A stretch of 64,000 nt of DNA from a virus. The notes under the pieces were generated by a model. The model was not told where the DNA came from. It worked only from the letters and a program-made list of their open reading frames with translations, and did not search any database. This document shows positions 55,607 through 63,758 of the stretch, one piece after another. The number at the start of each line of letters is the position of its first letter. Within the stretch, counting starts at the first letter, position 1. The translations under genes and the position numbers were made by a program. The stretch is from the IMG/VR virus record IMGVR_UViG_3300009103_000003, positions 1 through 64,000 of that record; one strand, 5' to 3'.

Positions 55607-56364
55607 AGACCCCTCTTACTCACTTCCAAGAAGAAGTAGTAACTGATTAATGCGTAGGTTGAATTCGTTGTCTCAACCAAGGCGCAGTTATTAGCAATAA
55701 TCCAATCGACCAATCCGGTTCCTATGGAAAAAGACTTCTTGTTCTTGCAGTTTAATTCTTTTGTTTCATTTAGTTCTTCGAGAATCGCTTCTGTCAGTTC
55801 TTGTGCGGGGACGATTGCGACTTCTTGTTTATTACCGAGTTCGATAATATACACGGGCACCTTTCCCTGTTGGTATGCCTGCTTTGTAAGGAAATGCAGG
55901 TCTTTAATTACTACTGACTTTTTGGAGTGCTTTGTTGTCTTCGCCTCAATCAGAAGATCAGGCGTGACAATGTCCCGCTTGCTCCCCCAACGAGAACCAG
56001 AAGCAGGCTGTCTTTTACCGCCCACATCTTTCGCAATCCGCTCCTCTTGTTTCTTGCTTTTTTCGTGGTTGGTTAACACTGCTTTAGCCTCCAAGGTAAG
56101 GTTGTAGTACTTATCGTTATCAAAAATTTTGCTTGGAGATTTATCCCAGAGCATTTTGCCCAGAATCATTCTTACGAGTTCTAGATCCGCCTCATTTACG
56201 TAAGACAGGACCGCAAGCCCACTGTTGCTATGCGTGATGTTGTAGAGTCCTACCGTTTTTCCAACGTTCGGGGTTTTGTGCATACAAAGCCCTGGCAGAA
56301 ACGGTAAGCCCTCTACGGCATAGTTGGTGAACTTGGGTCCGATCTTTACGTAAATTTTAGCCAT
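55603..56364 (-). CDS. PD-(D/E)XK nuclease (Hjc-like resolvase core) with N- and C-terminal extensions
   Basis: EERIAKDVGGKRQPASGSRWGSKRDIVTPDLLIEAKTT...YQQGKVPVYII. Confidence 0.75.
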   Translation of the reverse strand: MAKIYVKIGPKFTNYAVEGLPFLPGLCMHKTPNVGKTVGLYNITHSNSGLAVLSYVNEADLELVRMILGKMLWDKSPSKIFDNDKYYNLTLEAKAVLTNHEKSKKQEERIAKDVGGKRQPASGSRWGSKRDIVTPDLLIEAKTTKHSKKSVVIKDLHFLTKQAYQQGKVPVYIIELGNKQEVAIVPAQELTEAILEELNETKELNCKNKKSFSIGTGLVDWIIANNCALVETTNSTYALISYYFFLEVSKRGL

Positions 56365-57415
56365 TATCCCCTGCTTCCAATAACACAGCAGCCCTTACTT
56401 CTTCACAGAGCGTGGGGGATTTTCTAAGCATTTCGACTACCCCGGCGATGCCGCCTTTGATTTTATCGTCGTAATCAAGAACATAGTAAACAGGCCCAGA
56501 GCTTTTTATTACACCTAATGACTTGGCGGTGTTCGCTAAGTCCTCAATGAGGTCAACGCCCTGATTAAACATAAAGGTGTAACCACCTTCAGCGCCCTCG
56601 GAAATGCCATGTTTGCCCTTGCTGATTTTCCATTTTATTTCCTTACCCACTTTTTGGCCACCGGTTTTAATGGTGCTTCCTGTGCGTAAGTGTAGGTCAA
56701 CGGCTTTGGCGTGCTTTAATGCAAACCCACCACCCTGTGAATACGGGAAGTATTTTGCGCTTCTTGCGTCGATGTTCGCCCTGACTGGGTTAATCATTAA
56801 GACACATGTTTTATTTGGCTCCCCGCTCTCATCAGGAGTCCTCATGGCGCTATAGAACTTCTGACAAAATGTAGACATCAAGGATGCCCAGGTCGCAATT
56901 TTAGCGTCCTCATGAAGCCCCTTCTTTACGTTGTCTTTTGTTTCACCAGAACCAAGCTCGTTGATAACCATTAGCTGGAACTTATTAGACCTAATAAGAT
57001 CTAACATAGCTGTTAAAAGCGACTCTGCTGGTTGCTCTAAGGCTTCCTCGCTACCGATATCGATAAACATGAGGTTGCCGACTTCCGGGTCAATCCCACA
57101 CATCTCCATGAAGGGGATGTCTGGCTTGTACCCAAAACTCATCCAAGCAACGTTAGCGCTATCACCATAATCTCGCTGTACTTGCGCAATGACTAGGTTG
57201 GATAGAAAATCCTTACCAGCCCCGTCTGGCCCAAACAGTTGGTGCATAGACCCCGCAGGGAAACCACCCTTCAGAGCCATGTCAAGGCTGAGAATTCCTG
57301 TCGGAAGTCTAGTCAAGAATGGCGCTGAGACCTCGGACATTTTGGAAATCTTAGCGGCCCCGCCAAGGCTTTTCTGAATGCCTTTTATTAATTTTGATAA
57401 ATCGTCTTTAGCCAT
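56357..57415 (-). CDS. recA: RecA/UvsX-like recombinase with degenerate ATPase motifs
   Basis: RLPTGILSLDMALKGGFPAGSMHQLFGPDGAGKD, CVLMINPVR, SQGGGFALKH and VGKEIKWKISKGK are collinear with RecA. Confidence 0.85.
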   Translation of the reverse strand: MAKDDLSKLIKGIQKSLGGAAKISKMSEVSAPFLTRLPTGILSLDMALKGGFPAGSMHQLFGPDGAGKDFLSNLVIAQVQRDYGDSANVAWMSFGYKPDIPFMEMCGIDPEVGNLMFIDIGSEEALEQPAESLLTAMLDLIRSNKFQLMVINELGSGETKDNVKKGLHEDAKIATWASLMSTFCQKFYSAMRTPDESGEPNKTCVLMINPVRANIDARSAKYFPYSQGGGFALKHAKAVDLHLRTGSTIKTGGQKVGKEIKWKISKGKHGISEGAEGGYTFMFNQGVDLIEDLANTAKSLGVIKSSGPVYYVLDYDDKIKGGIAGVVEMLRKSPTLCEEVRAAVLLEAGDNG

Positions 57416-57739
57416 TTACTCCTCCGATGGTGGGGCGTCTCGCAGTTCGATCAGTCTATCTATTTCCTCAATATCCTCTTCGAGCACACTCATATCGTCA
57501 CTGACGGTTTTGGCTCGATCAAACTCTGAATAGGCCATGTCGCTTAACCCATCGCTTGCATCGGATAAGTGCCGATATTCAATCTGAAGCTCTTGGAGCT
57601 TCCGGTTTTTTGAGGACCTCAGAACATCCAGAGCCTCACCAGAGGCCACCTTTTCCATGGCTTCAGTTTCATCTGACACCATTCCTGACATAATTAGGTC
57701 GTCTACCAAGGCTTTCGGTATTGCGTATTTTGTTTTCAT
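57416..57739 (-). CDS. Hypothetical acidic coiled-coil protein
   Basis: ATG at 57739 (ATGA overlap with the GIY-YIG stop) with SD AAGGAGG. Confidence 0.75.
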   Translation of the reverse strand: MKTKYAIPKALVDDLIMSGMVSDETEAMEKVASGEALDVLRSSKNRKLQELQIEYRHLSDASDGLSDMAYSEFDRAKTVSDDMSVLEEDIEEIDRLIELRDAPPSEE

Positions 57740-57990
57740 TTGTTGCCCTCCTTCGAGCAAATCTTCTCTTTGTCTTTTTTAGACAATTTTTTGAAGCCTA
57801 TCTCGTATTTGAGGGCCTCTGATTTATTATCAAACTTTATGGTCATAGCCAAGGAAACCGGCCTTCGGCTTCGTGTATATTTAGCCCCACAAGCCCTAGT
57901 GTTGTGGTCTTCTATGCGTCTCTCTACGTTAGTTGTAATACCCGCATAGAGAGAGTTGTCAGAACATCTGACCGCATAGAAGAACCACAT
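57736..57990 (-). CDS. Small GIY-YIG nuclease (UPF0213/YhbQ-like)
   Basis: FFYAVRCSDNSLYAGITTNVERRIEDHN...GAKYTRSRRPV...KSEALKYE. Confidence 0.9.
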   Translation of the reverse strand: MWFFYAVRCSDNSLYAGITTNVERRIEDHNTRACGAKYTRSRRPVSLAMTIKFDNKSEALKYEIGFKKLSKKDKEKICSKEGNK

Positions 57991-57992
57991 AT

Positions 57993-58061
57993 CTAGTGGT
58001 GGTCCCTTAGATAAATAATTACTGCTGCTCCAACAAAGGCACCAATAGTAAATTCAAGCAT
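57993..58061 (-). CDS. 22-aa single-TM peptide missed by the ORF track (MLEFTIGAFVGAAVIIYLRDHH)
   Basis: Exactly fills the gap between the MTase and GIY-YIG genes. SD GGGGAG, ATG 58061, TAG 57993. Confidence 0.7.
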   Translation of the reverse strand: MLEFTIGAFVGAAVIIYLRDHH

Positions 58062-58069
58062 TGCTCCCC

Positions 58070-58588
58070 CTACTTCCTGGGTAGTGTGTTAGTGGTTGTG
58101 AACCTCGGCAGTCTTCTACTTTCATCAAATATTAGCAAGCATGAAGGCGCTGGCGCAGAGGCCGGTGCTCCCTCAAACCTGATCCTACCCTCGATTAGTC
58201 GGACCTCAGCGGCCTTCATAGCCCACCGATGCCACCACTTAGTATCAGACCTACAGAAGGTCAGAACCACCACTACAAGCCCATTGAGGGATTCCTCGTA
58301 AGCCTTTTGAATCCACTTACCAATGTCCCTTCCATACGGAGGGTTCAACCAAACCGCAGCACCAGTTGGGTCACAACCAGTTTCTACTATCACACTTCCC
58401 CAGGACTCTTTTAGGGAGTCTTGCTCGCTGGTGATATACAGAGCGCTTTTCGCATTGTTGGGGGAGGCAGCAGCATCCATGACAAAGAAGAACTCCTCAT
58501 TCAAGGCATCAAACAGCGCCTGTGGCGTTGCCCAATCCTGCCTATCAGAGGAGAAAAGTTGTTCTTCGTTCCAACTAGTTTTGCTCAT
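58070..58588 (-). CDS. Phage DNA N6-adenine methyltransferase (phage Dam-type family)
   Basis: DWATPQALFDALNEEFFFVMDAAAS, VWLNPPY (motif IV), SDTKWWH and GRIRF. Confidence 0.9.
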   Translation of the reverse strand: MSKTSWNEEQLFSSDRQDWATPQALFDALNEEFFFVMDAAASPNNAKSALYITSEQDSLKESWGSVIVETGCDPTGAAVWLNPPYGRDIGKWIQKAYEESLNGLVVVVLTFCRSDTKWWHRWAMKAAEVRLIEGRIRFEGAPASAPAPSCLLIFDESRRLPRFTTTNTLPRK

Positions 58589-58835
58589 TTTCTGGTTCCC
58601 AATTAAAGTAATACCTTGGGTGGTGCTGGAACTGCAACGTGCCTAGTTCTTGAGTGTCCTTTTTTGTAACCACAATAAAAGGAGCCAAGAAGCTTTGGAC
58701 AAGGAAGTCCTCCTGAAGTTCTTGAGTGTCCCACGTTTTACCGTAGCTACTTTCTAGACCTTCTCGATTTTGAGGATTTCCGTTTATTTTTTCTACGAGC
58801 GCTCTTCGAGCTTTTTCTGTTTTGTCTACTACCAT
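58575..58835 (-). CDS. Conserved-looking small phage protein
   Basis: TWDTQELQEDFLVQSFLAPFIVVTKKD...GTLQFQHHPRYYF, a pattern familiar from uncharacterised phage proteins. Confidence 0.75.
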   Translation of the reverse strand: MVVDKTEKARRALVEKINGNPQNREGLESSYGKTWDTQELQEDFLVQSFLAPFIVVTKKDTQELGTLQFQHHPRYYFNWEPENEQN

Positions 58836-59544
58836 TACTGTTTGCTCCTATCGCGGGGGCGGTTCTTGCTCTTTCTAATGCCACCCGAAGGATATCCTGG
58901 GGGCCAACAGAAATCGGCTTTGGTGGAGGGGGCGGTGGGCCCAACTCAATCTCATCTTTATCATTAATAAAGTACCCCCGAGAACGCCACACAGGCCCGA
59001 TGAGAGGCAGGTCGTCACACTTATGGTGCTCGTGCCAGTCCCTCTGTCGGGTCCGTTTGTGCATATCCTCGAACTGTTCTTCACCAAACTCTTGCTTGGC
59101 TTGGGCCATGTAGTCAGCCCAGTCCTTAGAGTAGTCCGTAACCGCTGGCTGTCTAAGCCCGATAGGGAAGTGCATCCCAGGAGCAAAAACATACATATGG
59201 TACTGGTTAGCGGTATCCACTAACGCGTACTGGGCGGGGTAGAGTTCCATGGCCCAACAAGCGGTTCCACACAACTCTGATTTAATTCTATAGAAGTCTC
59301 GCCAGTCACTCCACGGTTCTCGCGTGTTTAGCTTTAGCGATAACTCCACTAACGGAGGCCATCCCTCAGGAGATGGGTAGTCATAGACGTAGACTTGGCA
59401 CTTATCGTTGACCCAGGTTTCCGCAGTCTCAGCGCCTGTTGGTTTATATCCATTTACAATCGGCTTACCGGGCCAAAGTGGCTCCCAGTAATCATCTGAA
59501 ACAGTCTCATGGCCTAGGCAGGAATCCGCCTCATTCGCCTTCAA
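58747..59544 (-). CDS. Conserved-looking hypothetical protein (DWRDFYRIKSELCG...ELYP...LVDTANQYH)
   Basis: TTG at 59544 has SD GGAGG 6 nt upstream. The motif block is typical of an uncharacterised phage family. Confidence 0.75.
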   Translation of the reverse strand: MKANEADSCLGHETVSDDYWEPLWPGKPIVNGYKPTGAETAETWVNDKCQVYVYDYPSPEGWPPLVELSLKLNTREPWSDWRDFYRIKSELCGTACWAMELYPAQYALVDTANQYHMYVFAPGMHFPIGLRQPAVTDYSKDWADYMAQAKQEFGEEQFEDMHKRTRQRDWHEHHKCDDLPLIGPVWRSRGYFINDKDEIELGPPPPPPKPISVGPQDILRVALERARTAPAIGANSNGSRQNRKSSKSARRKNKRKSSKSRRSRK

Positions 59545-59758
59545 CTTTCGCCTCCGCAAGGTCAAGTCCGTTGGTTACGAAATTAAATGCTGCCACGACT
59601 TCTTCTTTATAGGGCGGTCTGCCCCATGTGTTTTGATACTCCTTAACGACCTTGTCCATAGCATCACCAAGGATGTCTGCGGGACCATCGCCGTTGTAGA
59701 GTTCTGTCTTTTGGAGGCTGATACCCCCACCATTATTTGAAATTGACCACCATCCCAT
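59531..59758 (-). CDS. Hypothetical protein (MGWW...GDGPADI)
   Basis: SD GGAGG; packed operon. Confidence 0.75.
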   Translation of the reverse strand: MGWWSISNNGGGISLQKTELYNGDGPADILGDAMDKVVKEYQNTWGRPPYKEEVVAAFNFVTNGLDLAEAKVEGE

Positions 59759-59767
59759 GGGGTCCTC

Positions 59768-59953
59768 CTATTCTTCAGAGTCTAGTTGTTCTAAGGTTTG
59801 AATCTCGAAGTGGGAAACCTCTCCGGTAGATTCACACGTTACAGACGCCACAGTTTCCTCATGGCGTATTCTTTCTAATGCGTACACGAGGGCTTGCTTC
59901 GGGTTATTCGCCTTTAGCTCCTCCTCAATAATTATTCGGTAATGATGCTTCAT
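59768..59953 (-). CDS. Hypothetical protein (61 aa)
   Basis: ATGA overlap with the upstream gene. Confidence 0.7.
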   Translation of the reverse strand: MKHHYRIIIEEELKANNPKQALVYALERIRHEETVASVTCESTGEVSHFEIQTLEQLDSEE

Positions 59954-60510
59954 TGTTCGCCCTCTACGATGTTCACGATATGTTCAAATAGCAGTTTGCA
60001 ATGGGCTGCTTTATCAAACCGTCTACGAGGCCCCTGTGTGAAGAACTCTAGAGGCATTGTTTTTGTCACTAGAGCAGCCTGAGACGCGACGGCGTTTATG
60101 CTGTCTACGGTAGTTCCCAAACTTGGTTCTCTTGGGCTTATATATCTAGCGCATAATAGCCCTAGAACCTTCCAGAAACCCGCACGAAGATGCAATGCCT
60201 CCCGACGCAACTGCCCCCTCTCACGAGAAGGCTTGGTCATAAAACCAAAGTCGTCGCCCATGGCTTCAGCAAACCCATCGAGAAAACGACTGCACGCCAC
60301 TGTAAGGCGAGCAATATCTTCCTGGTTAGACGGGGGCGCAACCTCAAATATGTCACAGTCACCCACCCAGGATAGCTCTACGTAATGTCTAAGTGAGTTA
60401 CGTGTTACTATTCGCTTGGAGCGTCCGGTAATGGACGGGTGTTTTTCTACACCACCATTCTCGACAAGAATCGGTGAGGTCTCCAGAACATCCACAATTT
60501 CCTCAATCAT
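59950..60510 (-). CDS. Hypothetical protein
   Basis: ATG at 60510 is coupled (ATGA) to the stop of the 60507-60635 mini-gene; the track extends the ORF to 60534. Confidence 0.7.
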   Translation of the reverse strand: MIEEIVDVLETSPILVENGGVEKHPSITGRSKRIVTRNSLRHYVELSWVGDCDIFEVAPPSNQEDIARLTVACSRFLDGFAEAMGDDFGFMTKPSRERGQLRREALHLRAGFWKVLGLLCARYISPREPSLGTTVDSINAVASQAALVTKTMPLEFFTQGPRRRFDKAAHCKLLFEHIVNIVEGEQ

Positions 60511-60635
60511 CCCTTCGACCATACTTCCCCGCATTCCCCTCGACAGACAAATTCTTCGTCAGTTTCTTCGAGAGTCCCGCAGTGACAGTTTGGGCATTCG
60601 TCTCCTGCTTCCATCAATTCGTCTCCTGCTTCCAT
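60507..60635 (-). CDS. 42-aa Zn-ribbon miniprotein missed by the ORF track (MEAGDELMEAGDECPNCHCGTLEETDEEFVCRGECGEVWSKG)
   Basis: ATG overlaps the polA stop (TGATG) and TGA overlaps the next ATG (ATGA). CPNC...CRGEC. Confidence 0.75.
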   Translation of the reverse strand: MEAGDELMEAGDECPNCHCGTLEETDEEFVCRGECGEVWSKG

Positions 60636-60637
60636 CA
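60596..60637. repeat. Perfect 21-bp tandem duplication
   Basis: ATTCGTCTCCTGCTTCCATCA at 60596-60616 and 60617-60637. Confidence 0.95.
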
Positions 60638-62515
60638 CTTACACTCCGACCAGTTAGCGCCATACTTACCTGAGGTCTCTAGCGGAACCGCTAGATCAAA
60701 CGAGAAAGGCTGCGCCATAAGGTTCGAAATCCTGTCGTTGAATTCTTTATCTTCTACGAACTCATCCGGTACCTCGAACACGATTTCATCGTGAACTTGG
60801 ATAACCATCTTCGCCCCAGAGGCTTCGATGAGCGGGTCTTCCCACAATCGAATCATCGCCATTCTAGTAATATCCGCTGCGGTTCCCTGGATGGGTGAGT
60901 TCTTTACTTGACGCTCTGCGTTACCTCTATCAGAACTAATATTTGAGTTCAGCCCAGGCACCTGCCTACGCCGACCCAAAATAGTCGTGCAGTACTCCAA
61001 TTCTGTTGCTTCTTTAATGGCGTACTTGAAATACTTGGTGATTTTTGGGAACGCTGCGAAGTACTGTCTAATGAGCAGCTTCGCTTCATCGTTTGAACAT
61101 CCAAGAGTCCCGGCCAATCGACCAGACCCTTGTCCATACATAAGACCAAAGTTGATGGCCTTTGCACCTTTTCTATGGCCTAGAAGCTTCTTGTCATAAT
61201 CCGACAGTGCTTCACCATTATCATCCTTCTCTCGCGCAACCATGATGTCTTCATAAGGCACTTTGAACATTTTGGCGGCTGTGCTGGTGTGTACATCCTG
61301 ACCGCTCTTGATCGCCTTTATTAATGACGGGTCGCCAGAGAAGTGTGCTAATATCCGCATTTCAAGCTGCGCATAATCCGCAGCGTATAGCTTTGCCATA
61401 CCCGAGCTTACATATGCGCTTCTAATATACTGCGGTTGGTTTTGCAGGTTTGGTTCCGACGAGCTTAGTCTTCCGGTTCTTGCGCCTGTTTGGTTGAAGG
61501 TTGCGTGTATTCTATTGTCCGTATGAATACGGTCCAACAGGTTCGTAATATATGTCGATAATTTCTTGTCCTGATCTCGGTACCTAAGGAGCTTGGTTGC
61601 GTACTCGCAGCCTCCCCGTTTCCACACTTCAAGGGCCGCAGCGTTAAGTTGTGGGCTTCCCTTTTCCGTGTATGAGACGGGTTTATAGTTCAAGGTCTTA
61701 AAGAAAAACTCACCCATCTCCTTAGTGGAGTTTAGGTTTACAAGCTTCCCCATCGCCCTCCCAAACCATTTCTGTATACCCAGGAGTTCTTCCTCTATTT
61801 TGGGAGCCTGCTCCAACAACGCTTCTTTATCAATTCTGACACCCACCCTCTCCATCTCCCAGAGGATCTTGGTGAAGGGGACCTCGGTCTTGAAATAGTA
61901 ATCCCACAGAGTGGGGTGCTCTGCGTGGCCGGTTTCCATATCCAGCAATAACTCCCTTAGCTGGAAGAATAATAGATATGTAGCGTAGGCATCCAGCGAG
62001 GCGTAGTTTGTTACAATTTCCTCGTTTTCTGGGTCTAGCAAGAGATCCTGTAGGGACCGCTTTCTCATTTGTGTCCCGAAAACATTTTTGAATGGGACCA
62101 TATTGATATCTAGGTAATCCCTTGAGAGGGATTTGAGGTCATGCCCTTTTGTGTCGTCCACGAGGGCGTGCATAACCATTGTGTCGTAGACACGGTAGTG
62201 CTCTCGTATGCAGTGCCTGTTTAGGTCAATGCCCACGTTTAGCAGCATCCACTGGTCAAAGTTTGCGTTGTGCGCAATGAGCTTCAACTCTGGATTTTCT
62301 AGCATATCCTTAAAGTAGGGGAACACTTCTGGGTAGATTGCATAGCGACTTTCCCCATTACTTAGAGCTAAAATAACGGCGCAGTCTCTTGAGCGAGACA
62401 ACCCAGTTGTCTCTGTATCAAACGCGAGTATTACCGCGTCCTCATATTCTTCAATAACTTGTTGTGCTTGCTCCGGTGTCCGGACAGACACTGGGGTCGG
62501 TAATACGCGAAACAT
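60635..62515 (-). CDS. polA: Family A DNA polymerase (3'-5' exonuclease plus polymerase, no 5' nuclease)
   Basis: ExoI AFDTETTGL, ExoII AHNANFD, ExoIII YASLDA; TGRLSSSEPNLQN, motif A ADYAQLEMRILAH, motif B KAINFGLMYG, motif C QVHDEIVFE. Start placed at 62515 after SD AAGGAGG. Confidence 0.97.
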   Translation of the reverse strand: MFRVLPTPVSVRTPEQAQQVIEEYEDAVILAFDTETTGLSRSRDCAVILALSNGESRYAIYPEVFPYFKDMLENPELKLIAHNANFDQWMLLNVGIDLNRHCIREHYRVYDTMVMHALVDDTKGHDLKSLSRDYLDINMVPFKNVFGTQMRKRSLQDLLLDPENEEIVTNYASLDAYATYLLFFQLRELLLDMETGHAEHPTLWDYYFKTEVPFTKILWEMERVGVRIDKEALLEQAPKIEEELLGIQKWFGRAMGKLVNLNSTKEMGEFFFKTLNYKPVSYTEKGSPQLNAAALEVWKRGGCEYATKLLRYRDQDKKLSTYITNLLDRIHTDNRIHATFNQTGARTGRLSSSEPNLQNQPQYIRSAYVSSGMAKLYAADYAQLEMRILAHFSGDPSLIKAIKSGQDVHTSTAAKMFKVPYEDIMVAREKDDNGEALSDYDKKLLGHRKGAKAINFGLMYGQGSGRLAGTLGCSNDEAKLLIRQYFAAFPKITKYFKYAIKEATELEYCTTILGRRRQVPGLNSNISSDRGNAERQVKNSPIQGTAADITRMAMIRLWEDPLIEASGAKMVIQVHDEIVFEVPDEFVEDKEFNDRISNLMAQPFSFDLAVPLETSGKYGANWSECK

Positions 62516-62538
62516 CATACCCTCCTTGTATGAAGTAG

Positions 62539-62592
62539 ACTGGGAAAGGCGCACCGGCCCCCCGAAAGAGACCGGTGAGCGCCTCGCCCAGT
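62539..62592 (-). promoter_or_regulatory. 54-nt extended hairpin between the SSB and polA genes
   Basis: ACTGGG/CCCAGT, GGCGC/GCGCC and ACCGG/CCGGT nested stems. No U-tract follows on the minus strand; ends 11 nt before the polA SD. Confidence 0.75.
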
Positions 62593-62606
62593 AACTGTTA
62601 ATTCAT

Positions 62607-63758
62607 TTAGAAGGGGATACTGTCGTCATCCTCTTCATCGTGCTTTGTAAGAAAGAACTCTTCCAAAGTTGCCTGAGCGGCATCATCGAATGGATTTTCT
62701 ACGCCCATGATTTTCGCTTGTTCTTCGAGGTCCATTTTCCCCAGGAACTTGTCGAAATCAAATCGTTTGAGCATCCAGTCTTTGACTTCAACGGAGTTGT
62801 CGGCAGGACCGAACTTCAGCACTTCGATAGCCTGACCCTTTCCTGCGGGAACCGCACGAATAACTAGGTCAAGTGGCGCAGAGGCATCAATACGCTGCGC
62901 TTTACCGCAACCATCAACCCAATCACCTTTATAACCGTCCTGCTTTACGCACTCATACATTTGTACTGCTCGAACATTGCTGTCGCAATGAGGGCAGGCC
63001 ACGTTCTGGTTTCTTAGGGTATGCTCACTATCACGATCAATAGTATCTTCACGGTGGTCCGCGATGACCTCATTGCATTCAGGGCATGCATATGCATACA
63101 CGCTGATCTCACCTTCGTTACAGTTTGCACACTTGTCGGAAAGCCCCATGAGTGTGTTCATGAAGTTCTTATGTGCCCACGGGCTGAGCGACCAGTGCAG
63201 CTTCCTACCAAAAACCTTGTCGTACTTTTGGTACTCAACAGGATCTAGGCTTCGGCCATGCTTGTCTGCTCCAAGAGAGCGCTCATATACGTGGTACTCC
63301 CGGTTGGCTCGTGACATCTTGGGAACCTTATAGTGGTCCTCAAGTACACACACGGTTGTGGCCAATTTCTCATCAAGAGACAACCAATCCCCGTTACCGT
63401 TTTCGAGAGCAAAATGGTTCAAGCAACAAGGCAGATCACGTTCAGTGAAATCCCCATGCCCGTCACCCCAATAGTTGGCAATAATCTGCCGCTTACCCTT
63501 CGGGGTAGTAATCCACTTGTATCGGTAAGAATACCAACCACCGTTTGTGGGCTCTGGAATTAGGCGGATTCTGGTAGGCGTGGACGTAGGATTGAAATAC
63601 TCCATCCGTTGTTTCCATGCTGGGGGCTCGTAAGAATCCCCACCACCGCCACCACCAAAATTACTTCCCTGGCTAGGCTTAGTTTGCTTTAGAAGACGTT
63701 GCCGCTGCTCGGCCTGCATCTTCTTGTACTCATCATTGTAGTTGATTTTATCACTCAT
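62607..63758 (-). CDS. gp32-like single-stranded DNA-binding protein with Zn-ribbon insertion and acidic IPF tail
   Basis: TRIRLIP (gp32-like), CANC, CPEC and CPHC plus further Cys, DLVIRAVPAGKG, C-terminus DEEDDDSIPF. Lies between primase and polymerase. Confidence 0.7.
   Translation of the reverse strand: MSDKINYNDEYKKMQAEQRQRLLKQTKPSQGSNFGGGGGGDSYEPPAWKQRMEYFNPTSTPTRIRLIPEPTNGGWYSYRYKWITTPKGKRQIIANYWGDGHGDFTERDLPCCLNHFALENGNGDWLSLDEKLATTVCVLEDHYKVPKMSRANREYHVYERSLGADKHGRSLDPVEYQKYDKVFGRKLHWSLSPWAHKNFMNTLMGLSDKCANCNEGEISVYAYACPECNEVIADHREDTIDRDSEHTLRNQNVACPHCDSNVRAVQMYECVKQDGYKGDWVDGCGKAQRIDASAPLDLVIRAVPAGKGQAIEVLKFGPADNSVEVKDWMLKRFDFDKFLGKMDLEEQAKIMGVENPFDDAAQATLEEFFLTKHDEEDDDSIPF

Noticed and set aside
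57736-58588. MTase plus GIY-YIG as a restriction-modification system
   Set aside because: The nuclease is a minimal 84-aa UPF0213-type domain with no visible specificity region, and orphan phage N6-MTases are common.
58747-58835. Arg/Lys/Ser-rich C-terminal tail of 58747-59544 as a protamine-like or NLS element
   Set aside because: Most of it is encoded in an 89-nt overlap with the next gene, so it may be a by-product of the overlap.
60716-60740. GGTTCGAAATCC resembling a tRNA T-loop
   Set aside because: It lies inside polA and has no cloverleaf context.
60635-62515. Intein, intron or unusual residue at the F762-equivalent position of polA
   Set aside because: Motifs are collinear at normal spacing, and motif B has the ordinary Phe (KAINFG).
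358-63563. The many short antisense and alternate-frame ORFs in the track (e.g. 51238-51780, 52935-53390, 41534-42004)
   Set aside because: They lie within long, motif-supported genes on another frame or strand and have no recognisable motifs; expected shadows of Gly/Ala/Pro-rich coding sequence.
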